A DNA stretch of 64,000 bases from a virus (taxonomy: Duplodnaviria > Caudoviricetes): the IMG/VR virus record IMGVR_UViG_3300017716_001697, positions 1-64,000 of that record; one strand, given 5' to 3'. Under the pieces are notes generated by a model, which saw nothing but the letters and a program-made list of their open reading frames with translations, was not told the origin of the DNA and did not search any database. The position numbers and the translations under genes are program-made. Below, piece after piece: positions 8,002-15,365 of the stretch. The first letter of the stretch is position 1. Every line of letters starts with the position of its first letter.

Positions 8002-8077
8002 TCCACAATCGTATTCTCGGTGAGTACCCCGGACTGTTAATCCGAAGAGGTAGGTTCGAATCCTACTTGTGGAGCCA
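8002..8077 (+). tRNA. tRNA-Asn(GTT)
   Basis: Loop CTGTTAA, G73, CCA. Confidence 0.85.
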
Positions 8078-8084
8078 ACAATAT

Positions 8085-8158
8085 GTATCTCTAGTGTAAT
8101 GGCAGCATCGCGGTCTCCAAAACCGTCAGTCAAGGTTCGAGTCCTTGGAGGTACGCCA
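8085..8158 (+). tRNA. tRNA-Trp(CCA)
   Basis: Loop CTCCAAA, CCA. Confidence 0.9.
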
Positions 8159-8239
8159 GTTAAATGTGTATAACTACACATTATATCAAACAATAAACAC
8201 CGAATAAAGGTGGATTTTTAAGCAATTTAAACAGGTTAC

Positions 8240-8431
8240 GTGCATACTACATTTATACAACTTTACAAATACGGTGCTCAGGTAATTTATAATGGTCGGC
8301 AGTACACAGTGGATCACGTTACCTTAAGTGGATACGATCTTTATCTACATCTAGACGGTTTACCACAGTCAGTTAAGGCGACTGCTGTGCAATGTGAATA
8401 TACAGAAATCTCTTTAGAGAGAAAAGAATAA
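8240..8431 (+). CDS. Small hypothetical protein
   Basis: GTG start after CAGG; 63 aa between tRNAs. Confidence 0.5.
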   Translation: MHTTFIQLYKYGAQVIYNGRQYTVDHVTLSGYDLYLHLDGLPQSVKATAVQCEYTEISLERKE

Positions 8432-8450
8432 AAATAATAATAAGAAATTT

Positions 8451-8526
8451 GCAACTTTAGCTAATGTGGTCATAGCGCCGGCGTGAAGTCCCGGACAAAC
8501 AGGTTCGATCCCTGTAGGTTGCACCA
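8451..8526 (+). tRNA. tRNA-Phe(GAA)
   Basis: Loop GTGAAGT, acceptor GCAACTT/AGGTTGC, CCA. Confidence 0.75.
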
Positions 8527-8532
8527 AAATAT

Positions 8533-8603
8533 TGCGGGGATTCAGGGTATCGCTCAGTCTCATAAGCTCGGGCCAGACGTTTCGAATACGTCCTCCGCAT
8601 CCA
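8533..8603 (+). tRNA. tRNA-Met(CAT), short D arm
   Basis: Loop CTCATAA, acceptor and CCA; reduced D arm. Confidence 0.55.
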
Positions 8604-8607
8604 ATAT

Positions 8608-8749
8608 TTGGGTATACTTCGGAGGTTATACAACGGAAGTAATTTCGTATAACTGTGGATGTTGTTCCTACCCAAACTATTTTATAAAGTAAGTATATGG
8701 GGCTTTCGACAGGGCTGGTTTACCTCCCTTAGATTCATACCTACTTACT
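8608..8749 (+). ncRNA. Two 'stem-TA...C-stem' elements (8608-8675, 8688-8749)
   Basis: TTGGGTA-TA...C-TACCCAA and AGTAAGTA-TA...C-TACTTACT. Confidence 0.45.
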
Positions 8750-8753
8750 ATAT

Positions 8754-8830
8754 GCCTCCGTACGCTAATTGGTAGTGCGGCCTGTTTTAGAAACATGTGG
8801 TTGGGGGTTCGAATCCGCCCGGAGGTACCA
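8754..8830 (+). tRNA. tRNA-Leu(TAG), short variable loop
   Basis: Loop TTTAGAA; 5-nt variable region; CCA. Confidence 0.75.
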
Positions 8831-8998
8831 GTTTTGATTAGCTCGAAAGAGTTGAAGGTTAGTTGTCTGAGTACAGATACATCATACCAGGGCATGACAT
8901 ATGATTCTGGGTGGTAGTATTTGGCAAGCGGGACCTATCTACAGCACTGTCATGCTTTAGGTGAAGGACAACCTAATCAAAAATTTATGGAGAACGTA

Positions 8999-9169
8999 AT
9001 GAGCAAGAACGCTAAGAAAATTTTAGTGCTAACTGAACGCATTGCTCAGTTAGAAACAGAGATGAAAGAAGCTCTGCAGAAGAAAAAGTCCGGAACTGTT
9101 GCATTTAACGTTCCGGCAACTGTGCGCAAGATTGCTGACCTTAGGGCAGATATTCAACGCTTACAGTGA
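8999..9169 (+). CDS. Small coiled-coil protein
   Basis: GGAG RBS before ATG; heptad-like sequence. Confidence 0.6.
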   Translation: MSKNAKKILVLTERIAQLETEMKEALQKKKSGTVAFNVPATVRKIADLRADIQRLQ

Positions 9170-9189
9170 TTCGTTTTATTTTATGACTT

Positions 9190-9304
9190 AGGTTTGGTTC
9201 AGCAATAATTAAATTTTTTTCAACAAAAAAGGATCTGGGTTCGAATCCCAGCGGTAGATTTAGTCACTACTGTCGTCTAATGGTAGGATTTAAAAACAAA
9301 CCTG
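9190..9304 (+). ncRNA. CAGCA-motif RNA with YrlA-like permuted tRNA domain
   Basis: AGGTTTG-G-TTCAGCA...CAAACCTG enclosing T arm, looped acceptor hairpin and D arm. Confidence 0.65.
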
Positions 9305-9425
9305 TTTTATTTTTATTAGTTGATATAGTCGCGCAGGAGTAAATAGATTATTATACTGCCTCTTTCCTTAATTGTTATTAACAATTAAACAGCATTGACG
9401 ATATATCAACTAAACTTTTCTTTAT

Positions 9426-9499
9426 GGTGTCTCTGATGTAGTGGTAGCACTTCTGTCTGTGAAACAGAAAGCCAGGGTTCGATTCCCGGATTCACCCCA
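9426..9499 (+). tRNA. tRNA-His(GTG)
   Basis: Loop CTGTGAA, G-1/C73, CCA. Confidence 0.8.
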
Positions 9500-9712
9500 T
9501 TTTTGGTTGTTTAGCTCAGATGAGAGCACGGAAGAGACCTCTCTTATGATGTTGGTCTACGGGGTCGCAGAAGTAATGCCCTGCAACAACTAACGATTTT
9601 ATGCCGTCGTCATTATCCGGAGCAAATCCTTCCGGGTTATAAATGATACAAGGTCCCTAGATGCTGGGATATATTGCGGGTTAGATTCCCGCCGGTGGGA
9701 GCCAATTTTTAT

Positions 9713-9786
9713 GTACCGTTGTCCGAGAGGTTAGGTAGCAGATTGCAAACCTGTTCAGAGTGGTTCGATTCCACTACGGTACTCCA
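9713..9786 (+). tRNA. tRNA-Cys(GCA)
   Basis: Loop TTGCAAA, U73, CCA. Confidence 0.85.
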
Positions 9787-9805
9787 TCTTTTTAGAATAA
9801 TATTT

Positions 9806-9991
9806 ATGAATCAAATTGACATAGAAAATAAAATCAATGATGCAGTTGCTATCTTAATTGCGTATAGCGGCGATGGTAGAGATACATGGGTATCTAATTA
9901 CGACACAATTTTAGATTTATACAGAAGATTAAATACATGCCCGGAGAGTGCAGCTGGTGAAGCCATCCTCCTTACAAGTGGAAACATGTAG
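9806..9991 (+). CDS. Small hypothetical protein overlapping tRNA-Val
   Basis: ATG at 9806; last codons run through the tRNA. Confidence 0.4.
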   Translation: MNQIDIENKINDAVAILIAYSGDGRDTWVSNYDTILDLYRRLNTCPESAAGEAILLTSGNM

Positions 9992-10016
9992 AGTTCGATT
10001 CTCTATCCGGGTACCA
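9939..10016 (+). tRNA. tRNA-Val(TAC)
   Basis: Loop CTTACAA, CCA. Confidence 0.8.
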
Positions 10017-10021
10017 AATTA

Positions 10022-10176
10022 CGCGAGATAAAGACCGTTTGGGACGGGGACCGGATTGTTGACCGGCGTCGGATAAAGCAACGAGCTGCGGTGACTTATA
10101 GAAGGGCCCTTTTATTTGTTGCTTAAAATTTCAGTACGCTCCGACTTCAGTGGTTCGATTCCACATCTTGCGGCCA
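10022..10176 (+). tRNA. Giant tRNA-Asn(GTT)-like with ~90-nt variable-arm insert
   Basis: Acceptor CGCGAGA/TCTTGCG plus GCCA; loop TTGTTGA; T arm; folded insert. Confidence 0.55.
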
Positions 10177-10180
10177 AATT

Positions 10181-10277
10181 TTGTTTAGTGTAATGGTAGC
10201 ACGGGGAAGTCCGAGACACGGAAGTGGAGTAGGCAATCAAATGCCCTGAGGTGGTTCGATCCCACCAGCAAATTCAA
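10181..10277 (+). pseudogene. tRNA-like element with replaced anticodon arm
   Basis: D arm AGTGTAATGGTAGCAC and T arm GGTGGTTCGATCCCACC; no CCA. Confidence 0.45.
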
Positions 10278-10278
10278 T

Positions 10279-10621
10279 TTCAACATTCGAGCTAACGCTG
10301 GCAACAGAGGAAGTTCGGGACAAGCGCCAAGGGCGTGTGGGAGAGTGGTTATTTGATGGGGCATAGTGTCGGCCGGCTCAAATCTAATACGGAGTTGTTA
10401 GAAGCCAAGCAGAGATTTATCATCAAGCTAGATCCGCAAGGATGACAAAAGGTTCCTGAGACGGGTTCAACTCCCGGATGCTCCACCAAATAACTACTTG
10501 TTACACCACCGTGATACAGCTTGCAACACAAACAGAACCTGGGAACTCTTGGCTTATAGGTTCGGGTTGTGGCAAAGATTAATGTTAGCATAGAACAGAA
10601 TCCCGGCTACGGAATGTTGAA
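10279..10621 (+). ncRNA. rnpB: RNase P RNA (type-A catalytic domain)
   Basis: P1, P2 (GCTAAC/GTTAGC), P3, CR-I GAGGAAGTTCGGG, P5 CAAGC/GCTTG, P6 GCCAAG/CTTGGC, P15-16 with GGT, CR-IV AGATTAAT, CR-V ACAGAATCCCGGCTA. Confidence 0.85.
10358..10488 (+). ncRNA. Ala-acceptor tRNA/tmRNA-like domain nested in the RNase P RNA
   Basis: GGGGCAT/ATGCTCC with G3-U70, ACCA, GAC-GGGTTCAACTCCC T arm. Confidence 0.7.
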
Positions 10622-10629
10622 AACTTATA

Positions 10630-10707
10630 TGCTCGTCTACGCTAATTGGTAGTGCGACCTGTTTCAAACACAGATGGTTCTCGGTTCGAATCCGAGGTCG
10701 AGCACCA
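10630..10707 (+). tRNA. tRNA-Leu(CAA), short variable loop
   Basis: Loop TTCAAAC; 5-nt variable region; CCA. Confidence 0.75.
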
Positions 10708-10711
10708 CATT

Positions 10712-10804
10712 TGATTTATAGACAAACGGAATTCATGTACAGATACTTGATCAGCGGGCCCTGCAACGCTGTAAGTGACAACGCTGTATCTTCTCCCTAA
10801 ATCA
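10712..10804 (+). ncRNA. 'stem-TA...C-stem' element
   Basis: TGATTTA-TA...C-TAAATCA with inner helices. Confidence 0.4.
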
Positions 10805-10813
10805 TTTTATTAC

Positions 10814-10902
10814 GGGTTGTTAATGGGACGACTTAAGTCGTGTACTATGTATGCGCCGTCAGACCGGTCTTACAGTTGGTTCAAGTCCGACGCAACTCTC
10901 CA
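10814..10902 (+). pseudogene. tRNA-like element, atypical core
   Basis: Acceptor GGGTTGT/GCAACTC, T arm, CCA; no canonical anticodon arm. Confidence 0.45.
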
Positions 10903-10981
10903 TTTAAACTGTTAATACCAATATTGAAGACATTGGTTTACTTACAACCGTGATCGACCGGTGCAGTTTCTTTTAGTTTAC

Positions 10982-11029
10982 GGGCCGCCTTAAGTTTCTA
11001 TTTGACTATATACCCAGTCCGGTCCACCA
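10982..11029 (+). ncRNA. 48-nt Ala-type minihelix RNA
   Basis: GGGCCG/CGGTCC with G3-U70 and ACCA. Confidence 0.45.
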
Positions 11030-11059
11030 ACACGATAAATACATGTTTAAGGAATTAAC

Positions 11060-11296
11060 ATGCGAGCAGAAGAATTTATAACCGAAGCACTTGATGCTAC
11101 ACCGTTTATTGAATTAGTTCATACCGCGCAGGGTTATCTTACACAGTTATTTAAGAAAGGCATTGGCGATAGATCTGCGGTATCATCTGTTATTGATATA
11201 TTGCATACACGTGGCGTAGATCATGCCAAAGCCGCTCAAGCAGCTAAAAAAGCTTTTACTAATATTAAAGGTAGTGACGTGACTACTGAAGAATAA
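11060..11296 (+). CDS. Late hypothetical protein (MRAEEFITE N-terminus)
   Basis: ATAAATA and AAGGA upstream. Confidence 0.75.
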   Translation: MRAEEFITEALDATPFIELVHTAQGYLTQLFKKGIGDRSAVSSVIDILHTRGVDHAKAAQAAKKAFTNIKGSDVTTEE

Positions 11297-11299
11297 GAC

Positions 11300-11328
11300 T
11301 TGACATTACTGTAAATTACGTATATAAT
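11300..11328 (+). promoter_or_regulatory. sigma70-type promoter
   Basis: TTGACA-N17-TATAAT. Confidence 0.8.
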
Positions 11329-11339
11329 AAATACTACAC

Positions 11340-11413
11340 GGGCTGCTTCATGCTTTCAAGTAGAGAATACTTGGGCCGTCTAACAGTCGGGTCGCGCCCG
11401 TCGCGGTCCACCA
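11340..11413 (+). ncRNA. tRNA-sized Ala-acceptor RNA with non-canonical arms
   Basis: GGGCTGC/GCGGTCC with G3-U70 and ACCA, just after a promoter. Confidence 0.55.
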
Positions 11414-11582
11414 TATAATAGTCTGTATACGAGAGAATAATTGCGCGGAACAGACTCCCTTTTTTAGTTGCAAATAGACTGTCATGCATGATACACTTCC
11501 GTAGTGCATGATCAACGTATACGACTACTTCGGGTATAGATCCAGGGAAGTGCAGCTAATTTTAATTTAACTTAAGGATAAC

Positions 11583-11801
11583 ATGGCAAGAATTACTTCG
11601 CAGAAAGCGGCAGAAGCCGTTGGTAACAGATTTGATCTAGTGTTGATTGCATCTATTCGTGCAAGGGAATTGAAACGTAACTATGCGCCTAAAATTGTTT
11701 CTACAAACGGACCAATGGTTACGGCTATTAGAGAGATTGAGCAAGGCCTCATTGGGAGAGATTATCTAAAGAAGGTCGGCATTAGATACGAAAAAGAATA
11801 A
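11583..11801 (+). CDS. rpoZ: RNA polymerase omega subunit homologue
   Basis: MARIT...GNRFDLVLIASIRAREL...VTAIREIEQG. Confidence 0.9.
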   Translation: MARITSQKAAEAVGNRFDLVLIASIRARELKRNYAPKIVSTNGPMVTAIREIEQGLIGRDYLKKVGIRYEKE

Positions 11802-11808
11802 ATATATT

Positions 11809-12099
11809 ATGACTGAAAAACTTGATACTGAAATTTTAAAAGATAGCCTATTAATGGTTCACGCCTTTTCACCGCGTGTTGGCAAGGCGTTAGATTTGTT
11901 TTGGGGACATAAAGATTTTCAGCCATACATGAACAAACTGTTGGCAGATGATATGCCAGGTGGAGTACGTAGACAGGGGTTTCCTTTGCACGTACTTAGC
12001 GCATTGATTGAGCTGCAAAGCCTCCATGATAAGATGTTTCCACAGTATATCATAGAAGATCCAGATGAATGGATGTCGTCACAGTTTGGCATAATGTAA
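11809..12099 (+). CDS. Hypothetical protein
   Basis: LFWG...KLLADD...RQGFP pattern resembling a proteobacterial hypothetical family. Confidence 0.7.
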   Translation: MTEKLDTEILKDSLLMVHAFSPRVGKALDLFWGHKDFQPYMNKLLADDMPGGVRRQGFPLHVLSALIELQSLHDKMFPQYIIEDPDEWMSSQFGIM

Positions 12100-12103
12100 T
12101 AAT

Positions 12104-12179
12104 GCATCCTTAGCTCAGTTGGTAGAGCGTCGCATTTACATTGCGAATGTCGGCGGTTCGAACCCGTCAGGATGTACCA
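12104..12179 (+). tRNA. tRNA-Val(TAC)
   Basis: Canonical; loop TTTACAT. Confidence 0.92.
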
Positions 12180-12327
12180 TAATTTGAAGACGCCACAGCT
12201 ACCGTCGCTACAATGGCAAGACGGACTTCAAATCGAATTAGCGGGAAAGAAGCGCCGTGATTGGCAGGCATTGACTCGTTAATCGTCAGAGAGGGTAACT
12301 GACGTTAAATAACTCCCTCACTAATTT

Positions 12328-12417
12328 GGGGTGTGGAGACTATGGTAGTTAAGCGGCTTTGAATACCGTTCCACTTGTGATGAGCAGGTGATGGTTCGAT
12401 TCCATCACGCCCCGCCA
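12328..12417 (+). tRNA. tRNA-Ser(TGA)
   Basis: Loop TTTGAAT, long variable arm, G73. Confidence 0.75.
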
Positions 12418-12422
12418 ATTAT

Positions 12423-12512
12423 GTCGATTAGTAAAAAGCTGGTCTTAAATGATCTTGTTGCAAGCGTGAGATATGACACCTCACTACTACTGTTCTTGGA
12501 ACATCGACGCCA
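12423..12512 (+). pseudogene. tRNA-like element
   Basis: GTCGAT/ATCGAC plus GCCA; internal arms degenerate. Confidence 0.35.
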
Positions 12513-12611
12513 AGTTTAAGCAGCGCCTGACTGAAACGGGCATCGAGTACGTGGAGCGTGGAAGAAGGTTCAATTCCTTTATACTTAATTTCAGACTGCT
12601 TAATTAAATAC

Positions 12612-12703
12612 GGATGATTTTCTAGTCAGGGATACTAGCCTACTTTGGAAAAGTAGTGGAGCGTCATAGTGCGCCGAGAGTTCGAATCTCTAGTCATCCG
12701 CCA
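12612..12703 (+). tRNA. tRNA-Ser(GGA)
   Basis: Loop TTGGAAA, long variable arm, G73. Confidence 0.85.
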
Positions 12704-12721
12704 GAGATAAATAAAATATAT

Positions 12722-12795
12722 GCGTGGTTAGTTAAATGGTAGAACCAGACGTTGCCAACGTTTAGACAGGAGTTCGATTCTCCTACTACGCTCCA
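12722..12795 (+). tRNA. tRNA-Gly(GCC)
   Basis: Loop TTGCCAA, U73. Confidence 0.9.
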
Positions 12796-12830
12796 TAAGA
12801 TAAATATTGAATACTACAGAGACTAACTAT

Positions 12831-13469
12831 ATGTTTTCATTATTTAAGAAATTTATTGCACCTGTTAAGCCACCGTTAGACGCTGGCCCTACCTATATAG
12901 ACCAGTCTAGAATGACGTTCGAAGAACGCAAGACATGGCGTCAGGGGATGATGCACAAGTCAATTAAAGAAGTATTTTCGGATTTAGAAATCATTAGTGG
13001 AATGTATCGATATCGTGCTTTGCCGATTGACGAACGTGGTCATTATTATGTTATAGTAATAGAAACAACACGGCATTTTGCCCTTAGCAAACATATATCT
13101 ACACAGAAATTATCGCAAATTGAGGTGACATTAAAGTCACAAACATTTGAAAATTATGGTCTTATAGTAGACGGCGTCTACTGGAAAGCTAACGAGACAA
13201 TTGATGTATTTGATAAGGCGCTTACACCTAAACAGTCAATTAGATCGCAAAAAACAATAGAAGATTTACATGCAAGTTTTTGTGATACTCAACCGATGAG
13301 TTATGACACATTACTGGAAACTGATCCAGAAACAGGTAAACGTGTGTTCGATCCGTTAACTGAAGATGAAGCTCGTGCATTTAAAGCTGCATTAGCTACA
13401 GGATTAGGTACATATAATTTGAAAGTTGGTGGCAAAGTGTATGACACAGATATTGCCCCGCTAAGTTAA
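12831..13469 (+). CDS. Hypothetical protein
   Basis: ~212-aa ORF after ATAAATA. Confidence 0.7.
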   Translation: MFSLFKKFIAPVKPPLDAGPTYIDQSRMTFEERKTWRQGMMHKSIKEVFSDLEIISGMYRYRALPIDERGHYYVIVIETTRHFALSKHISTQKLSQIEVTLKSQTFENYGLIVDGVYWKANETIDVFDKALTPKQSIRSQKTIEDLHASFCDTQPMSYDTLLETDPETGKRVFDPLTEDEARAFKAALATGLGTYNLKVGGKVYDTDIAPLS

Positions 13470-13472
13470 TTT

Positions 13473-13648
13473 GGGGTGTAATGGTGAGTATAGCGGGTTC
13501 GATTCCCGTGTGGTCCACCATAAATTGTGTTGTCCTAGCGGTAATAGCTAGTTAAATGATGAAAGTCGGAAGCAATGCAATTTATAATGGGCCAGGGTTG
13601 GACCGTTCCTAGGACGCTCGACGGGTTCGATTCCCGCCCACTCCACCA
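13473..13648 (+). ncRNA. Pair of cross-pairing Ala-acceptor half-tRNAs
   Basis: Two T arm plus ACCA units whose acceptor strands pair crosswise; hairpin spacer. Confidence 0.6.
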
Positions 13649-13762
13649 ATGCGTACTCTAAATCTTCTGTAATTTTACAGACGATCAGGGCTGGTACACC
13701 GTTGTATTAAATCTACATTTATTGTATAATACACAATAGACCATGGGTACTTTAGTTTCTAA

Positions 13763-13820
13763 AGACTACTTACAGCAAATTAAAATTTTAAATTGGTTTT
13801 AAAAAACAAAAAGTAGTCTG
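13763..13820 (+). ncRNA. CAGCA-motif RNA
   Basis: AGACTAC-T-TACAGCA...GTAGTCTG. Confidence 0.6.
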
Positions 13821-13950
13821 ATTTTTTTATATTGTTTCGGCAGGTTAGTCTGCGCCTCTTACGTGAGTAATGCAGGAAGGCACTGTCAGCATTATATACC
13901 TCATGGTTAGTATATAAAGTAGCTGCGATAACAAAGATGAAACAATTTTT

Positions 13951-14026
13951 CCTGCCGTGGCAGAGCGGCTAGAGCGCGATCCTCATAAGATTGAATAGGT
14001 TGGTTCGACTCCAACCGGCAGGACCA
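13951..14026 (+). tRNA. tRNA with CAT anticodon (Met or Ile2)
   Basis: Loop CTCATAA, CCA. Confidence 0.8.
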
Positions 14027-14029
14027 AGG

Positions 14030-14058
14030 TTGACACTCAGTAGAAACACTAGTATAAT
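14030..14058 (+). promoter_or_regulatory. sigma70-type promoter
   Basis: TTGACA-N17-TATAAT. Confidence 0.8.
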
Positions 14059-14094
14059 ATGATAAATACAGTTTTAAAAATATTGAGGAATAAC

Positions 14095-14295
14095 ATGATA
14101 AAGACAATTATGGATAAGTTAAGGAAGATAGCGATGCCGTCTTACCAGGGACATAGTGGATTGGAGCAATTCATTATAGAGGGTAACCCACAAAATTCAA
14201 ATGATATTGAGCGACTAGAAAAACAATATTATGATCGTCAGTCACTATTTGTTGGGGTTTATAATTACTTCCCAAATGGTGGAACACATAGGTGA
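14095..14295 (+). CDS. Small hypothetical protein
   Basis: GAGGA RBS. Confidence 0.6.
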   Translation: MIKTIMDKLRKIAMPSYQGHSGLEQFIIEGNPQNSNDIERLEKQYYDRQSLFVGVYNYFPNGGTHR

Positions 14296-14453
14296 AAAAC
14301 TTTAACAGTCCTAATGCATGGTATCCTACAGCAAAGGATCGCGAAATAGCAGCTAATTACGATGTCAAGGCAGCGTTAGAGGAAGCTTATAAGCAACGTG
14401 AAATTAGGGATACTGTTGAAGTTATGAAAGAGATAATGAAGAATAAAAGATAA
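14292..14453 (+). CDS. Small hypothetical protein (53 aa)
   Basis: GTG start overlapping upstream stop; below the ORF-track cutoff. Confidence 0.5.
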   Translation: MKNFNSPNAWYPTAKDREIAANYDVKAALEEAYKQREIRDTVEVMKEIMKNKR

Positions 14454-14459
14454 ATTTGT

Positions 14460-14533
14460 TGCCTGTTAGTTTAATGGAAGAATGTCTGACTCTGACTCAG
14501 AATACGTAGGTTCGATTCCTACACGGGCTGCCA
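14460..14533 (+). tRNA. tRNA-Gln(CTG)
   Basis: Loop CTCTGAC, 1-72 mismatch, G73. Confidence 0.85.
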
Positions 14534-14543
14534 ACAAGAATAT

Positions 14544-14634
14544 GGGTGATTGGTAGAGTGGCTTATTTCTACTGTTTGCTAAACAGTCGGGTCTGAAAAT
14601 GGCCCCACAGGTTCGAATCCTGTATCACCCGCCA
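14544..14634 (+). tRNA. tRNA-Ser(GCT)
   Basis: Loop TTGCTAA, long variable arm. Confidence 0.88.
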
Positions 14635-14743
14635 AGTTAAATAAAAAGGTAGTATATGAAACATGCAAAACGCATGTGTCAATTGTAGATCCCATGTATG
14701 ATCTGTGATTGGCACTTAAAAGACAATTAATACAGATCATAAT

Positions 14744-14817
14744 GGGATTGTAATTCAATGGCAGAATATCCGGCTTTTACCCGGTCTACGAGAGTTCGAT
14801 TCTCTCCAGTCCTACCA
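14744..14817 (+). tRNA. tRNA-Lys(TTT)
   Basis: Loop CTTTTAC, CCA. Confidence 0.88.
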
Positions 14818-14928
14818 AACAACGAGAATAATATGGAATTAATTATAACAGTGCAATTTATTGCAACCAGCTTAATATTGTTAGCCCACTTCGGCGAAGA
14901 AATAAAATCGTCATTTTCTTAAGAATTC

Positions 14929-15213
14929 ATGAGATTGAGAAATCTATTATTGGCACTCCGGGACCAAGGACCGCTTAAACGGTTTGTTCGTAACTTTATA
15001 GTTACTGGCCATGCGTGGGGTTTGTTCCATAAAAATTCTCATATTTCACAAGGCTCTGGCAAACCTAAAGTTGCATACGGTAGTAAGGCAACAGCAGAAA
15101 AAGCTGCAAAAAAGATGTCTGAAAAGAACGGTACATATTTTTCAAATTATAAATGTGTTCACTGTGACGGATATCATATAGGTAGAAACAGAGATAACAA
15201 AGTTTTGCAGTAA
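14929..15213 (+). CDS. Hypothetical protein with CxxC/H motif
   Basis: YKCVHCDGYHIG. Confidence 0.7.
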   Translation: MRLRNLLLALRDQGPLKRFVRNFIVTGHAWGLFHKNSHISQGSGKPKVAYGSKATAEKAAKKMSEKNGTYFSNYKCVHCDGYHIGRNRDNKVLQ

Positions 15214-15365
15214 TACAAGACGGCATATACCGAGGTGTATATGAACATGCAAACCGTTGCCGCGAGTTAATTTGAGATTATGTACTTGGCATAGGGACAT
15301 AATCAAACGTTTATAGAACTACCCTCCTGCCAGGGCTATAAAAATTAACCTTGTATTACAATTTT

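Noticed and set aside
9316-9410. Extra member of the CAGCA or TA...C RNA families
   Set aside because: Has an inverted repeat and AACAGCA but lacks the CTG end and the junction C; left unassigned.
10022-10176. Group I intron in tRNA-Asn
   Set aside because: Insert is about 90 nt, lies in the variable arm and shows no P7-type core.
3469-10591. Many 60-120-aa ORFs on both strands across the tRNA array (e.g. 3748-3990, 3909-4163, 6921-7289, 7966-8193, 8483-8692, 10349-10591)
   Set aside because: They are translations of tRNA or ncRNA sequence, with no RBS or protein-like features.
12328-12417. Selenocysteine tRNA
   Set aside because: Anticodon reads TGA (Ser), not TCA, and the acceptor stem is 7 bp.
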